Part shown: piece by piece, positions 1-13,427 of the stretch
How positions within the stretch are numbered: the stretch's first letter is position 1
Layout: every line of letters begins with the position of its first letter
NCBI RefSeq assembly: GCF_964204645.1
Contig: NW_027437474.1
Location: 1,001 to 65,000, forward strand
DNA: 64,000 nucleotides
Direction: 5' to 3'
Origin: Tubulanus polymorphus
Lineage: Eukaryota > Animalia > Nemertea
Made by a program: the position numbers and the translations under genes
The notes under the pieces: model-generated
Seen by the model: the letters and a program-made list of their open reading frames with translations, nothing else
What the model was told of the DNA's origin: nothing
Database searches by the model: none

Positions 1-1275
1 AAATAGCTCATCATCAGCGCTCAGAAACTTGAAACGTGTACAGAATGTACGGCACCGTGAAATGGTCAAGGATCGCACATCCGGCAACCGTAAGAATGTA
101 GCGGATGAAATACAAACTGTCATGAACATGCAATCCGGCAGTGATTTCATCCGAGAGGTAATTACTTCGATCGAAAAATTACTCCGACGGTTATTTTACA
201 TACAGAGCAACAGATGAGAGACGTAAAACGATTTTGTACGCAAGCGGCTGAACCTTCGATTCTTGGGTCGTACATTCAACGTTGGTGCCTGCAATTTGAC
301 TGTAACGGTTTTCAAGAACACCCATATGCTCCGTCGTGAAACACAAGAAGCACCAATTTTCATTGGGCCATTATTTCTGCATTGGGATGGTGAGACCATT
401 ACGTACCAGCGATTCTTCTCTCACTTAAAAGCGAAATTCGACTCGAACATAAATACAGAAATTTCGGGCAAACTGTTAACCGTTGGATCCGACGAAGAAA
501 AAGCTGTACTGAAAGCAATCAAAGAGACATTTCCAAATGCTACTCACTTGTTATACTATACTGACATTTGATTGAAAACGTAAAACGGCATTTGCAACAC
601 AAAATTGGGGTGAATGATAAAATAAAAGATGAAATAGTCGACTCTATATTTGGTAAAAGCGGCGCGTTACATGACCTTGATGAGTATAAGTATAAACTCA
701 GAATGATTGAGGTCAAGGCTAGAATCAACGAAATCGCTCCGCTCTTCATCCCATACTTTGAATAGCTGGAGCCAAGACTTGAAGAGTATGTATTCACGCC
801 ATCTCAAGTTAAGAAATGTCACCCTATAGGATGGACAAACAATAACTGTGAGACTATAAACAGTATAATCAAACTAGCAAATAACTGGAAGATTCTGATC
901 CCCGATTTGATAGAACAGTTACACAAATTAGTAAAAATCCAGTATATCGATGTCTGTCGTGCCCTTCACCTTCAAGGAAATTATGAAGATGTTCTATCTT
1001 TACAAAGATATACTATTTCCCATGTAATGTGGATGCAGAAAAGCAACGAAGACAAGGAAACCATATACAATAAGTTCATGAACCTTAAAACGAAAAAGAA
1101 ATCTATCAAAACTATTACCTCCACTGATGGGAAATTGACAATTCTAAAAACAGCCAAAGTCGCCAGAAAACCAGGACAAAGAAAAAGGACAAAAATGCGA
1201 AAACCTTATCCACTAAACGGCAAAAAGTTAACGAGGACTCGTAATATGATTGTCAATGATTTAAAACCAATTTAG
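1..1275 (+). pseudogene. Degraded Mutator-like (MULE) DDE transposase, 5' end outside window
   Basis: ORF pieces 29-217, 263-571, 568-765 and 907-1275 join across stops/frameshifts and carry MULE-type motifs PIFIGPLFLH, GSDEEKAVLKAIKETFPNATHLL and WTNNNCETINS (~832-865). Confidence 0.7.
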
Positions 1276-2792
1276 TATAGTAAAACTATTATTTTTGGTG
1301 CCTGAAGTACACTGCAACAGTGGAAAGCAGGCTTTAAAGGTCAGTCTCATCAGGCACCAAAAACATTTTTTATTATAGCGTTGAATACATATATAGTAAT
1401 AAAATAAATACGATAGAAATGTATAGATAATAATATGAATATTATGATGATAAAAAATAATTTTTATTGTTGAGAATGTATTGTAATAAAATGAAATATC
1501 CTTGAAATACATGTAGTAATGAAATGAATATATAATGGTAGAATATGAGAGATGTATGAAATATCCTTGAAGTAAATATATAATGATAGAATATGATAGA
1601 AATGTAAAAATAATCATGTTGTGAATGTTATAATGATAAGAAAACAATTTTCGTTATTGATGAGAATGTATAGAAATAATATTAGTAATGATGTGAATAA
1701 TATATTATGATAAGAAAATGATTTTTATTGTCTATTGAACGTGAAAAAAAATTAAAAGTTTCATCGTCATGTATAGAAATAATATTAATAAAATGATTAT
1801 GTTATTGATGAACATTATTGTCTTCATTTATTTTCGAGTGGAGCTCCAGTCGGTTCCAGTCGGCTCCAGTCGATCATTTGATTAATATAACAGTTTAGCT
1901 CTCGTCAGTGCTTATCAGTAATTAATTTGTGTCACTCAATAAGATGAAGTAAACTTAGAATAAACTATAGAGTTATTCCTTAATAAGGTTAAACTGCCTT
2001 GTTCCTAATGGATGGAACTCTCTAATACTTGCTTGATTGCTAGTTCCCCATCTAGCCTACCGAATTGTGGCCAGTCTGTAACACGTGTATGGTTGGTTGG
2101 TGTCATTGGCATGGCTTTGTACAAGGAGCAAAAAAATGTTGTAGTATTTTTGAAAGAAAATATTGAATGATTTTAGCTAAAGGATACATAAGCGCTGGTA
2201 TGTGGTTAGAGTGGCCAAACTTAATATTTTACATTGAAAATACAGAAAATCACATATAAAGCATATTGTAGGCCTATCATCAATTAGATTGGGATGTATG
2301 GATGTCTGATTGGAGAACGTTGATTAATACACGGTCTACAGCCAAGATATTGGGCTCATTTACTTGGCCTGAATGTCTGAGATAGTCGTCACCTAAAGAG
2401 ATTCTAATCGTGGCCGCTGAAGAGATTCTGTCGCAGTTGATAAGATTGATAGAAATATTCAAAATTTGAAGTAAATTCGTAGATTCTGCAAATTTCACTT
2501 GTCACTTATTTATGTATAGTAGTCAAACGTTCAGAGAGTCGCGGAGTTCATCTCGGCTAATTCGGATTTTAAAGTCACGCGCCGAATCGACCGTCGGCTA
2601 TAGCAGCGGATTGAACAAAAAAAAACGGCATTTAAGGTGGGTTGATTGTAGTGGCTTATGGGATGATGCAATGAAAGTTTCGTTCCAAATATCTAAGAAT
2701 ATTGAGAACATTAAGAATATAACGTTATTCGCACGCTTTAGCCCGGGCGAGAATCTCGACCAGACTATATCGTGCGTCATAATCATCCCTTA

Positions 2793-3008
2793 GGCCACAC
2801 CAAAAAAATCCTGTTTCTCTGGCGGGGCAATCACCAAAATGGGTAGGTCGGTAGGGAATTTTTTTTTCTTTTTATAAAAAAAAATTGCGGGTATTCTTCT
2901 GACAGTGGGTAGGTAGGCAATTTTATTTTATTTCGAAAATAATTATTTGAAATGACGAAATATCGGGTCGGTCGGGCCCGAGAAACAGGGTTTTCTTTTG
3001 GTGTGGCC
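2793..3008. mobile_element. PIF/Harbinger-type MITE
   Basis: TIRs GGCCACACCAAAA...TTTTGGTGTGGCC (extending to CCTGTTTCTC/GAGAAACAGG); TTA on both sides (2790-2792, 3009-3011). Confidence 0.8.
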
Positions 3009-4784
3009 TTACCACTATAATGATCATATTTTTTTTCAGGTGCAGTGACCTTTACAGCCTTGAGGCTTGCACTGCTACCTTCATTTAATATTACATTCTA
3101 TCGTCGTTATCATATCCTGTACATGTAAATGAAAAATAAATTATCATTTGAATATCATTATTATCCCTAGAGCGCTTTTAGTAACAAATCGGCTACGGCG
3201 ATGATAGCAGCCTATTTGGATAGATGGCGCATTTGGAAGACAGCGGGTGTTTGCATCGACGAATACAAGTATCGATTGACCCTTTCATTGCTGGCCATTA
3301 TATACCAACCCACTGTACCGATACACCGGTCACGATCCTCTCTATAATCGTTGATGATAAAATGTACTGATAGGTCCCTGGCGAGAGAACGTGTCCGGGC
3401 GCAAACCCCAAAATAAAAGACTAGAAATGCCGATACTGAATAATGATTAATAATATATTTTGGTTTACCTTGATAAGATCACTATATATTCTAGCTTTCA
3501 GAATTTCGTTAAGCACAATCCTAATCCGAGATTCCCTAATGTATCCTAGCTAACACGCCTGTTGGCAACCGCCATCGGATTAAAGACCCGAATAGAACCT
3601 CTCTCTGCCCAAGACTCCGGCCCCGTTCGTAGAGAGAAATGGCATTCCTAAAATTCCGATTCTCCCACTCCAGACCTTCCAATTCATGGCTAGGAGCAAG
3701 CAACCCATCGTCATGATACCTGTTCACTTCTGTTTTTGGTAACGAAATAATTTAGGCCGAATGAATCACTGAACAAAAATTATTTGGAAGCTGATTTGTT
3801 AAACTATCTTTTCCTTCCAATCCTCCCGTCATGACGCGTAATGATTTACTCACTCCTTGGTTATCATCGTTGATAGAACAGCTATTTAGAGGGAACAGCT
3901 CTTCTGCGAGTTGCCGCCGGACGTATACAACGAGAGAACCTTTAGATAGAGATACAATTTCACAAGCATTATTCTTTCCAAAATTTACGCGAATATTTCT
4001 CATTATTCGCTTAAACAACATCCAGAGATTATTTAAATTCAACATAACTTTGAAACCTTGTTTTCATCACAATTTACGGCAATATATTCTTACGAATGCA
4101 ATCTTTCTTTTCTGATATTTGTGATTACTTTTGAATCGGTAACACATTGGAAAAATCGGCTACAGCGATGATAACATTTAATTTGGATAGATGACGTGTT
4201 GGTTTTAGTAGACAACTGGTGTTTTTATCGACGAATATACAAGTATTGATAAAAATGTGACATCCAAGGGGCACGTATTGGGGTAGCAAACGTCAGGTCT
4301 AGCTCAGAGCGGATGCAGTCGCTTATTGTGGATGCAAAAAAGTCTGCAACATCGTGGTATATCAATAAGTATATTTAGCAGATAGTTAAGTGATGGGAAC
4401 GCGTTTGCTAGGCCCTGGACCTCAGAGGTCTGGGTAACTTACATCTTATCTGCTACTGCCGGCTTTACAGATCAATTCTTGTATGCGTCCACCAATAGCA
4501 GACAATTTCAAATTGTTTGTTGTCGTTTTGTTTTCCTTCTAGAAAATAATCTCAAGATCATTTCGGCTGGTTCAATACTTTTTGCGGCACCTCATTTTTT
4601 TAGTGGGCGAGTTAGAACTAGCTAACGATTTCGTTCCAATGCTACGATGCTAACTTTCTCCAGAACCGCATCCGAAAGCGCCAAAGTGTATATCGGCGAA
4701 ACCCCGAATATCCATAGCTCATGGAAAAATTATGGGCTCTATTCATTTCGAAAGGATTTCATATATTCACGTAACTGCACATCC

Positions 4785-5120
4785 ACTCCCGGTAGGGATT
4801 CGAACCTGATGGCAACGAGATTGCCATGGTACGAAACCCTGCCACACTAGACCGAGTGCGCAGCTACATACGCAGCTTAGATGAATTCGTTATCAGCCAA
4901 TCAGATATCCCGTTATATTTCAGCCCGGGTTTTCAAATTCATAGTTCTTCAGTGAAATTTACCTCAGCGATCATACAACGAGCGATTTGATTGGTGCCGC
5001 AAGTTTTCGCGCGGCAAAGCTGCGCATGTACATGCGCACCCGGTATAGTGTGGCAGGGGTTCGTGCCGTGGTTGAGGCTAACGATGCCATCAGGTTCGAA
5101 TCTCCCGCGGGAGGATGGTA
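4785..5120. mobile_element. Two inverted (head-to-head) tRNA-derived SINE heads
   Basis: 4785-4878 is the reverse complement of ~5018-5118; each has a pol III B-box (GGTTCGAATC). Confidence 0.55.
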
Positions 5121-5546
5121 ACTGCATCTCTTGGCGTATTTCGTAATTTGTCACGTGTTTTATTTTGTCTAGTATAGGTATTTGATGACGTCACGCACGC
5201 GATGCGCTGCATGTATTCGTTAAAAGTGCACGTGTGCGTCGCGTTAGCCTGCGTAATGCTGGCGATCGTTTTGTTCAGTCGGGACTTGATAGTTCAACCA
5301 GGAACGTAAGAATCATTCGAAATTACGGTCCGCCGCGCCTAACTGGGACGAACCGCGCCCCGGCAAATTTCGCGATTTTCAGAGCTGAGGAACTCGACCG
5401 GGTTGAGGAACGGAAACGAGACTCAGGAATTCAGAAATAGAATGATCTAATTCGAGTTTGAGCATAAGACAAAAATTCTGACTTGTCAGTGTAGTGTCAG
5501 CGTAGATCTCGACATATTACGTGATATTTCGATTCAGTAATTCAGT

Positions 5547-5731
5547 GATATATGAATGAATCTAAAAAGTTCATCTAGAAATTAGAAACATCTCGGGTGG
5601 TTGCTACCACCCTTATTCAGTCTGAAAAAAGAGTGCTAGGATCCATTTTTTCCTGACTGATGAAGGGTAGTAGCAAACACTGGAAATATTTCTAATTTTG
5701 CGATTCATCTTTTCAGGTTCATTCATATATC
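5547..5731. repeat. ~185-bp palindrome with a degenerate hammerhead-ribozyme core in each arm (Penelope pLTR-like)
   Basis: Plus arm CTGATGAA-GGGTAGT-AGCA-AACACTG-GAAA (5657-5686); minus arm CTGAATAA-GGGTGGT-AGCA-ACCACCC-GAGA with a perfect 7-bp stem II. Confidence 0.55.
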
Positions 5732-6589
5732 GTGGGATTTTGACTCATCGTCTTACGACGGATATTTTTATTTTAGCCGATTCACCCGATTATTACTAGC
5801 TTAACGAGACTTTTTTTCAGAGTGATTTCACATTTTCACGTATAACGCCGTTTGCTCGATCGTTGTCGCGTTCTTCGTCTGATTTTTCGGTTTTAGTTGA
5901 GGTACGTTTTCGATGACGTAGCACGCTGTGTCGTCGTGACGCGGTAGTGAGCGGTGTTGCTCGCATGCGGTGGGCTGGACTTCGTCGCGTTTCTGGTCAT
6001 TTCGTCCAGTCGCACTTTCAGCGTAAAACCGAGTAATATGTGAATATCACATATATGAAACGTCGTATATATTTCGAATGCGACATTTAAATCGAAAAAC
6101 GTCGTGACTATGAAAGTTTACTGCTCGTATCTCAGCTTTCTCGACTGGTTCATTTTTCTGACGCCGTAAAAACCGTTACAGTAATTATCTTTTCATATAC
6201 ATCGATTGAATGCGCTCTCCAACGGGTGCTGTGCGAGTCGATGTGCACTACGTCAACGATATTGGTGTTTCGATATAACAAATTAACTATTATTTTTTTG
6301 GCGTTTATTTTGCAATTTAGAATACTTTCTTAGTCCTATTTTATTTTTCGATAAATTTTGATAATGATTTTTTAGTGAATGTGCACTACGTCATCGATAT
6401 ATCGGGGTTTAGACTGGTTGCCGGTCGATCCAATTTAATTATCGATATATTCAAATCCAAAATAACATGAAATTTCCGTCTTAAAATCCTACTCCTTCGA
6501 CTGCGGCTTTACACGGATCCTTCGCCATTTTTTCGTCGGGATATCAATAGTATCATTTATTAACATACGCTTCATCTGTGTTTGATTTC

Positions 6590-8150
6590 AGCGCGCTTCC
6601 GCCGGCCACCGCATGGGACGAGATGCTGAAACCGGAATCATCTTTCGTATAAGGCGACGCGATCGCCGAGAAGTTGCAAAACTCCAGCTACGCCGCGAAC
6701 CATGCGCAGCCGTTCCGAAACGCATTCACCAAACCTGGACGTATCGGCCCCATTCCGCGCGGCTGCGCCACCGTGCGGGATTTACGCGAAGCAGCAAACA
6801 CAAACATGGCCACTCTTTCAATTTTCAATGATAGAAATCGTGTGTGCATTTCAATTATTTCGGCTGTTAGGGTTTTAAGGCACAATATAAGTTGATGTTG
6901 TGATATGGCGATGTTAATTAATGATAATTCCGCAGTTAAGCTAGTCACGAACGGTGCCGATTGAGTGTACAGCTGCCAAAAATACTGAAATGTGCGTAGT
7001 TGCGTAACTATTTGCAGTGAATTGCAGACGAAACATGAAGCCTTAACGGCCGTTTAAAAAAAGTTATACGAATCGCAATTGTAAAATAAAAATGAGATAG
7101 AACCTAAGTTAAAATTCTGGCCATTTCTAAAATGTTATCGATTATTATTACTAATTTTTAGTCAGTGCCGAACGTCTAGTTTTCCAACAATAATGAGGGG
7201 TGGTAGGTAGTCATGCAATTCAAGTCATCATTTATTAGACGTTACGTCCGTGTTGTTGAAAATCTCGCGAGTCCTGGACCAAACCACATTGAACAATGTG
7301 ATCTGTGTGCTGGCCACAAACACACAGATCACACTACACTACCCATTACACACTCCAGTACCCACAGCTTGCATATATCCTTCCAAATATGTAGAGTGTC
7401 TTTCTTCCTGGATGAACTCGACGATCCCGCCGGCGCTGGCGGCCAGCCCCGTCAGTTGGAACATTCTGGGCGAACGAGCTCGCCGACCAGTTCGTCGCGC
7501 GGAGATTCCCAAAGTACGCCGGACTTTCGAACGAATACGGCGGCGAATACGCCGATATAGACAACGTGGTGTTCCGGCGATTTGACCGGCTTTAAGACAC
7601 GCACACCGCCCTGATACCAGGAGATCATCCTAATATTCAAACACCAACAACTGACGCCTTTGAACTCGTTCATGGTGTCGACGACCGGCCACCCGGCCTT
7701 GAGTGCAATCATCGAAACGCTCCCTGCGTTCGATAACGCCACATCTGCGGACGAAGTGCTCTGAAAAAAATTGGGCCGTTTCAAGAACGCGTTTGGAGCC
7801 ATTGGCAATCGTGGCGCGTTTGCGACTCGATTTACATACCTTATTCACATCGTCGATTCAACCCAAATTTCGACGAAAAGAACACGTACAGTCTAAAGCG
7901 CATTCGTCAAAATGAAAACTCGGCGACGACCGAATGGAAAAAGTGGTGTACCTATCTGATTAAATCGGGCTACGCGTATCAGCCCGTACCGGACAGCGCT
8001 TATACCGTACACAAGTTCGTGCACACGTCGAACACTGACGTTCGCAAAGGCCCCGGTGCGCCCGTGCTAGACAGCATAGCCCCTAAACGCGTCGATGTAG
8101 CTAAGTTAGTATCGCTGATCGACAAGCCCAACCCTTCAATCGGCTGAAGA
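6590..8150 (+). pseudogene. GT32/DXD glycosyltransferase pseudogene, paralog of 11727-13274
   Basis: Fragments CAAVPKRIHQTW|MNSTIPPALAASPVSWN, FWANELADQFVARRFPKYAGL, EYGGEYADID, THTALIPGDH and LNSFMVSTTGHPAL align in order to the intact paralog; interrupted by an insertion, deletions, frameshifts and stops. Confidence 0.8.
6740..7406. mobile_element. 667-bp insertion with 6-bp target-site duplication
   Basis: CCTGGA at 6734-6739 and 7407-7412; removal restores in-frame IHQTWMNSTIP. No TIRs seen. Confidence 0.7.
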
Positions 8151-11100
8151 GTGGACTACGGGCTAATATGATCAAACCAGTTTTTATTAAATCAATTAAC
8201 AATATGTGATGTGCATTTTCATTTTCTAATCATCAAATCGGTTTCTTTGTAATGGAATATATCTTTATACGATTCAATAGATTTTCGTGTCCTTTTAATG
8301 ATGTATTTTTGAGTCGATGTGCAGTACGCCATCGATATTTGCGTTTATTTTGTAATTGCGAATATATTACATTTTATTGCTAAATACTTAAAAATTCTAA
8401 TGACTATTTTAGATTATGAGCGCAATGTATCGCGACTCGACTGATTGCTGGTCGATTCGATTCATATACTGATTTTGCTGCCAACCTACTTGCGTTATAC
8501 CATCTCAATGCAAATACGCAATAAGACACCCCCTCGTTAATTTTCAAGGTGTCAAAAGACTTTCAGGTCGGGCGCCTCGTTTTACTTAACGCTTGCTATT
8601 ATCTATATTTACGACTTATTCATTCATTAACCTTTCTGCTCGGCAGTCAGTTGCAAAAAATCGAGAGAAAAATTGCGACGATTGTCTTCTCGAGAGCCTG
8701 GCTAATCCTCACTTGCCACATTAAATGGAATTCTCGATTGCAACAGTAGTGTTTCCGGAACCTTGCTTTAAATTTGTAATGGAAATTGAAACGCGAATTA
8801 TCAATCGGCTATAATTAGTGATACCTGCTGGACCCTTGCAGAAACCTCAGACTGCCTCCTAGCTGAAACCCACAATAACGTTGTCGTGACCTCTAAGATT
8901 TGTAGAGGAAAGTAACGGGCGGAAGAGACGAGATAAGATAAAATGTGTTACACCATGTAACCACGCTTAGTGGTGCACACATGTATTCACTAATAATTTA
9001 AGGTGCAAAAGAAAATCAACAATATGACAGATAATGTTAGTAATTCAACGTATTTTACATCAGTTAAATAGATAACCGCGTAAGTTCCAGCGCCACCTGC
9101 TGGTCCTACACGGACACCTCACTTGCCACGAGTGGAATTATCGATCGTCACGAAAAAGCCTTACTGTTGAAGAGTCTTCGAATTGACGAAGAGAATCGAA
9201 GCACAAATATTACGAATTAACCGCTCGCGGATATGCCGGGGCAGCTTGCGAGATGTTGAATGAATCCATATTCTTTTTCACGTAATCCAAACCTCGTTCT
9301 CGATTGCTTTCGTTGCATTGCGGTTGCTAAGGCCCAAAATACCGCTAATTAGGTGTAAGTTTTATCATAATTTAATGGCTTAAAACGATAGAGTGTCGAT
9401 AAAATAATTTAAGTTTAAATAGAATTCATTCAACTTCAAATAAGCCTTTTTAATTATCCAATGTAACTTGTTTGGGATCGGGTATCCTACGAGCGATGCT
9501 TTTTGAGCGATGCTTTTTTATATCTTGCCCTCTGATAAATAATGTCAATTCATAAGATAAGATAACATAAGATGCAACTTTTCCGGCCAAAGATTATAGT
9601 TCGAGTAGGTCAAAAATATCGAACAGTAGTTTAAGTAGTACGACATTGAGAGACGAAATAAAGACCACGCGACCCCTGGTAGACCTTTGCGAAAACCTCA
9701 CGTGTCACAATCGCGGTAAGCCGGCTACGATAATGACTCATCGCGCGCAACTGGTTCACTCGACCGCGGCAGGCAGCAGCTGATGAGCTCGGCATAGCAG
9801 GCGCAATTCAGCATTCACGTTTAAGCATTAACTCGATATGCAGTTGAAAATAAATTATGCGCACGGTAGCTCATTACAAAACAGGGATCTATCTACATTA
9901 TATCTCCTGCCAGCGCGACCGGGACACCTGGCTTCGCATATACACGCGCGCGTACGTCGCCTATGAAAACCTACGACGAGAATTTTAGAATGCTGCCTAT
10001 GCATCGGCACAGAGATTGAATACTTCGACCAAAAAAAAGAAATCGCGCGCACTTCTCGGGAATATCACCGAGATCGTCATTCCGGTTAGTATCATCGATC
10101 CGTGAAGGCTTTTACACGGGTTTCGGTTTCGCGATTTATTTCCTGATAGCGTATATGGATTAGTTTGCTACAGGTGTCCGGAACCGCGCGGCTGGTTTAT
10201 GATACTTTATCTGCTTGATTTTATACAATCTCTCACATCGACACCAGTTGCACAGCCCCCCCCCCCCTGAGCCGTCGTCTTCGATACATCTTAAAGCTCT
10301 CCGGCAAAAACTAGGCTTACAGGGATATTGATACCTTGATCTCATCTCTCCTGAGCTGAATTAAGTGTTGACCAGGCCGGCCGCCTATCTACCGCACGTG
10401 CATTCCCTGTTTCAAAATCACGATGATCAAGCTATCAAAAACAGACCCGGCGCGTGCAGAACTGTGGAACTGGATCCAGGCCGATTAGAAGAAAAAAGGT
10501 ATATCATTCTATTCCAGCATTCTGTACGCTTATTCATGGAATATTAGATAAGTTAGTTCCTCGACCCTTATTTTCAAAGCGCACTATTATTTTGGACAAA
10601 AATATTGCGTGGTTTTGTGAGTATGTAACCGCTAATAAAAAAGCCCGAATATGCTATGTCACACTATATCGATGGATATGTACATTATATGAATCAGCGA
10701 AATAGAGGTAATCCGGACCGCGTGATTCCCCGTCAACATATTGTCCCTTAGTGACGTATACTATCTTACATTTTTCCCATCGGTTAGGCATTGTAGTCAG
10801 TGTTATATGCATCGGCAAACGAGTTGACCGATTTTCTTCTTTCGTTTCGATTGAATCGAAGTACATAATCGGGAAATTCGGTCCGGGTTCATTCGAACAC
10901 AGTGTTCCGACCAGAGGAACCGGCAAGCGATTAATTGCGTTGCACGATGATGTTTCGAGATCTTCTAGGCAAAATCTACATCGTTTCGTACAGCACTTGG
11001 TGATTCATGAATATAATATATATGAACAAAACTAAAAGAATTTGACAGGTGACTTTTTTAACAAAAGCGCCCCTATAATTGGAACTGGCGTTTCTTTTAG

Positions 11101-11726
11101 AACTATATAATTGGACCCTGGTCTTATTTTGACAAAAGATGTCGCAATCAGTCCCTGTTTGCAACTTTTGTTTCATGGCGATCGATTGCCCGGTCGATTG
11201 CCCGGAATTTTAGATACTGGCACTCACCAGGTGGTGCAACGTGATTTTTTTTTTGAAAAACATTTCAAGTGGATTTGTCGGACCTCAGTCCGAATGGTGG
11301 AATCACGTCCGAATAAAATCAGCCCTGGGTCCAGTTTTACGAAAAATGTTGAAGTTAATCACTTTGGCGTAATTAGATCGTAAAGATCGAAATATCCAAG
11401 AAATTGAAACGCGGTAACTGATGAGTAACGCAAGCGACACCTGGTGGATCTTTGCTGGCCGTTGCAGCAATTACTGGAAACTGGGATTATTAACTTTAAA
11501 GGTCGATTCGAATTAAAGTAATATGTGAAAAAACGAAGCGAGGTAACCGAGTTACCACTAGCAAACCTGGTGGAATCCTCGCTTGCCGGAACAGCGTATC
11601 CGTAACCCAATTCTATTATTAGTGTTTGAAAGCGTAATGAAAGCTTTTCTCTATATTAACAATGTATTCGTATGTACAATTTCAGTAGGTGGACGCAGGC
11701 GGGCACTCGCCGCTCAAACGCGCAGA

Positions 11727-13274
11727 ATGAGGCGGAGGTGGTTCTTGTTGATATTGCTGGTTTGCGGTTTTTTGTTAGTCGTGCAACTGAACTACATAAA
11801 CTGGCAGGGATTCGACCGCATCTTTACCAGCGAAAATAGTAGCCGTCCCCGTGAGCGCTTTCCGCCAAGCAGAGGTGATCGGACAGCCGTCGACCCACGG
11901 CCGCATTTCGAAGCTGAAATCTCGAAAGGAGGATCCGCGTTAAGCGCGATAGATCGCTACAAGGACGGTCTTTATTTCGACGAAACGGGTGCCTTTTCGG
12001 GGGACAGCCCCCGAGTGGGAATTGATAACGCTAAACGGAATAAAGAAGGTCGCAAAGCGGTTCGATTCTTCCCGGTCGATAACGACGACGACAGCAGCGC
12101 CGTACGGAATAAAAGCAATCGCCGAGTCGAGCAGAACTATACTCGTCAAAAACTATCAGTCGTCGGTGCGAAACTCGAGGATAATTTCCGACCGCTCAAG
12201 GTGGCTCTGCCAGTTCGCAACGCGTCCGAAGTCGTACGTGTACCGGTAGTCTACTCGGACGACGACGTCAAGCTAATAATGGCGCAGCGTCGCGCCGGAG
12301 TGCGCCGCGGCTGCGCGCCCGTGCCGAAAATCATCCATCAGACCTGGGTCGGCTACCAAATACCGGATAAAATGGCCGAATCGGTGCGTTCGTGGTCGCG
12401 CGTGCATCCCGATTGGGAGTACTGGTTTTGGACGGACGAACTGGCCAACCGCTTCGTAAACAAGCGCTACCCGAAGTTCGCGAACTTGTTCCGACGCTAT
12501 CGCCTGGGAATCATGCGCGCCGACGCGATACGCTATTTCATCTTGTACGAGTTCGGCGGCCTGTACGCCGATCTGGACATGAAGGCGTTGCGCAGTTTCG
12601 ACGAGTTGAGGTCGACGCACGCGGCGCTGATACCCGAAGACCACGCCGGGCATCGGTTCCTCTACTGGAAGATGGAACACATCGCCCTGAACGCCTTGAT
12701 GATGTCCGTGCCGCGGCACCCGTTCTTTAAACTCGTTCTCGAACGCTTGGCGCGCGTCGACGCGCAAACCGGTCCGTTTGACACCCTCCGGAAAACCGGG
12801 CCGTTCATGTTGGACGGGGTACAGGCGAAATTCGCCGGTCGAAGTGACGAAACGCGAGCCGTTACTACGCCCATGTGCGATGCGTTGTACCGCCCGCAAC
12901 ATTACCGCTTCGTCCCGACGTACCACTCCGGCGATTACCGCAAGGATTTCCTCAAAATATGCGGCGTATTGCTGGCCGATCGCAATCGGTATCTTCGCGA
13001 ACGCGGCGGTGAGAACCGAGTGCGCACGTGCGAGGAACTGCGTCGCGTGAACTTCTCCAACTCGGATCCGTCGCTGTTCGCAACGGCCTACACCGTGCAC
13101 GGATTCGAGCATTTGCACCTGAAAAGGCAGGCGTTACTGCGCAACGGTACTAGCGATATCGGCCTGCTCGTCCGGCGCGAATCCTACCGCGACGTCGGGC
13201 GCGTTATCGAGCAGCTGGATGGCGCCGACGACACCGTCGAGCCGTTGCCAGCCCGCGAGCCGATGAGGCGATGA
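11727..13274 (+). CDS. Glycosyltransferase family 32 (DXD sugar-binding, SUR1/OCH1-like), type II membrane protein
   Basis: ATG 11727, N-terminal anchor WFLLILLVCGFLLVV, motifs VPKIIHQTW, RADAIRYFILYEFGGLYADLD, NALMMSVPRHPFF, TGP; single GC-rich coding exon after a candidate acceptor near 11685. Confidence 0.88.
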   Translation: MRRRWFLLILLVCGFLLVVQLNYINWQGFDRIFTSENSSRPRERFPPSRGDRTAVDPRPHFEAEISKGGSALSAIDRYKDGLYFDETGAFSGDSPRVGIDNAKRNKEGRKAVRFFPVDNDDDSSAVRNKSNRRVEQNYTRQKLSVVGAKLEDNFRPLKVALPVRNASEVVRVPVVYSDDDVKLIMAQRRAGVRRGCAPVPKIIHQTWVGYQIPDKMAESVRSWSRVHPDWEYWFWTDELANRFVNKRYPKFANLFRRYRLGIMRADAIRYFILYEFGGLYADLDMKALRSFDELRSTHAALIPEDHAGHRFLYWKMEHIALNALMMSVPRHPFFKLVLERLARVDAQTGPFDTLRKTGPFMLDGVQAKFAGRSDETRAVTTPMCDALYRPQHYRFVPTYHSGDYRKDFLKICGVLLADRNRYLRERGGENRVRTCEELRRVNFSNSDPSLFATAYTVHGFEHLHLKRQALLRNGTSDIGLLVRRESYRDVGRVIEQLDGADDTVEPLPAREPMRR

Positions 13275-13427
13275 CGCTGAGCGCCTATATGTTCATCATC
13301 GGTATGGTCGGCTCGGTTGTGGTGATACCGTTCGTTTTTATTGGTTGCGTTCTGTGTCTCAATTTCGACGAAGAGGAAGAATACTGTCAGCGGATGATTT
13401 ATTCTAGATAATGCAAGCGTCTTTATC

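Noticed and set aside
4790-5110. Functional tRNA genes
   Set aside because: B-box present but no complete cloverleaf; treated as SINE heads.
7250-7585. Arg-rich ORF as a viral core protein
   Set aside because: It is an off-frame reading of the GT32 pseudogene plus the insertion.
9775-9815. Hammerhead at CTGATGAG
   Set aside because: No GAAA core or convincing stem II follows.
12273-13118. 281-aa antisense ORF and other overlapping ORFs
   Set aside because: Shadow ORFs of the GC-rich GT32 exon with no motifs.
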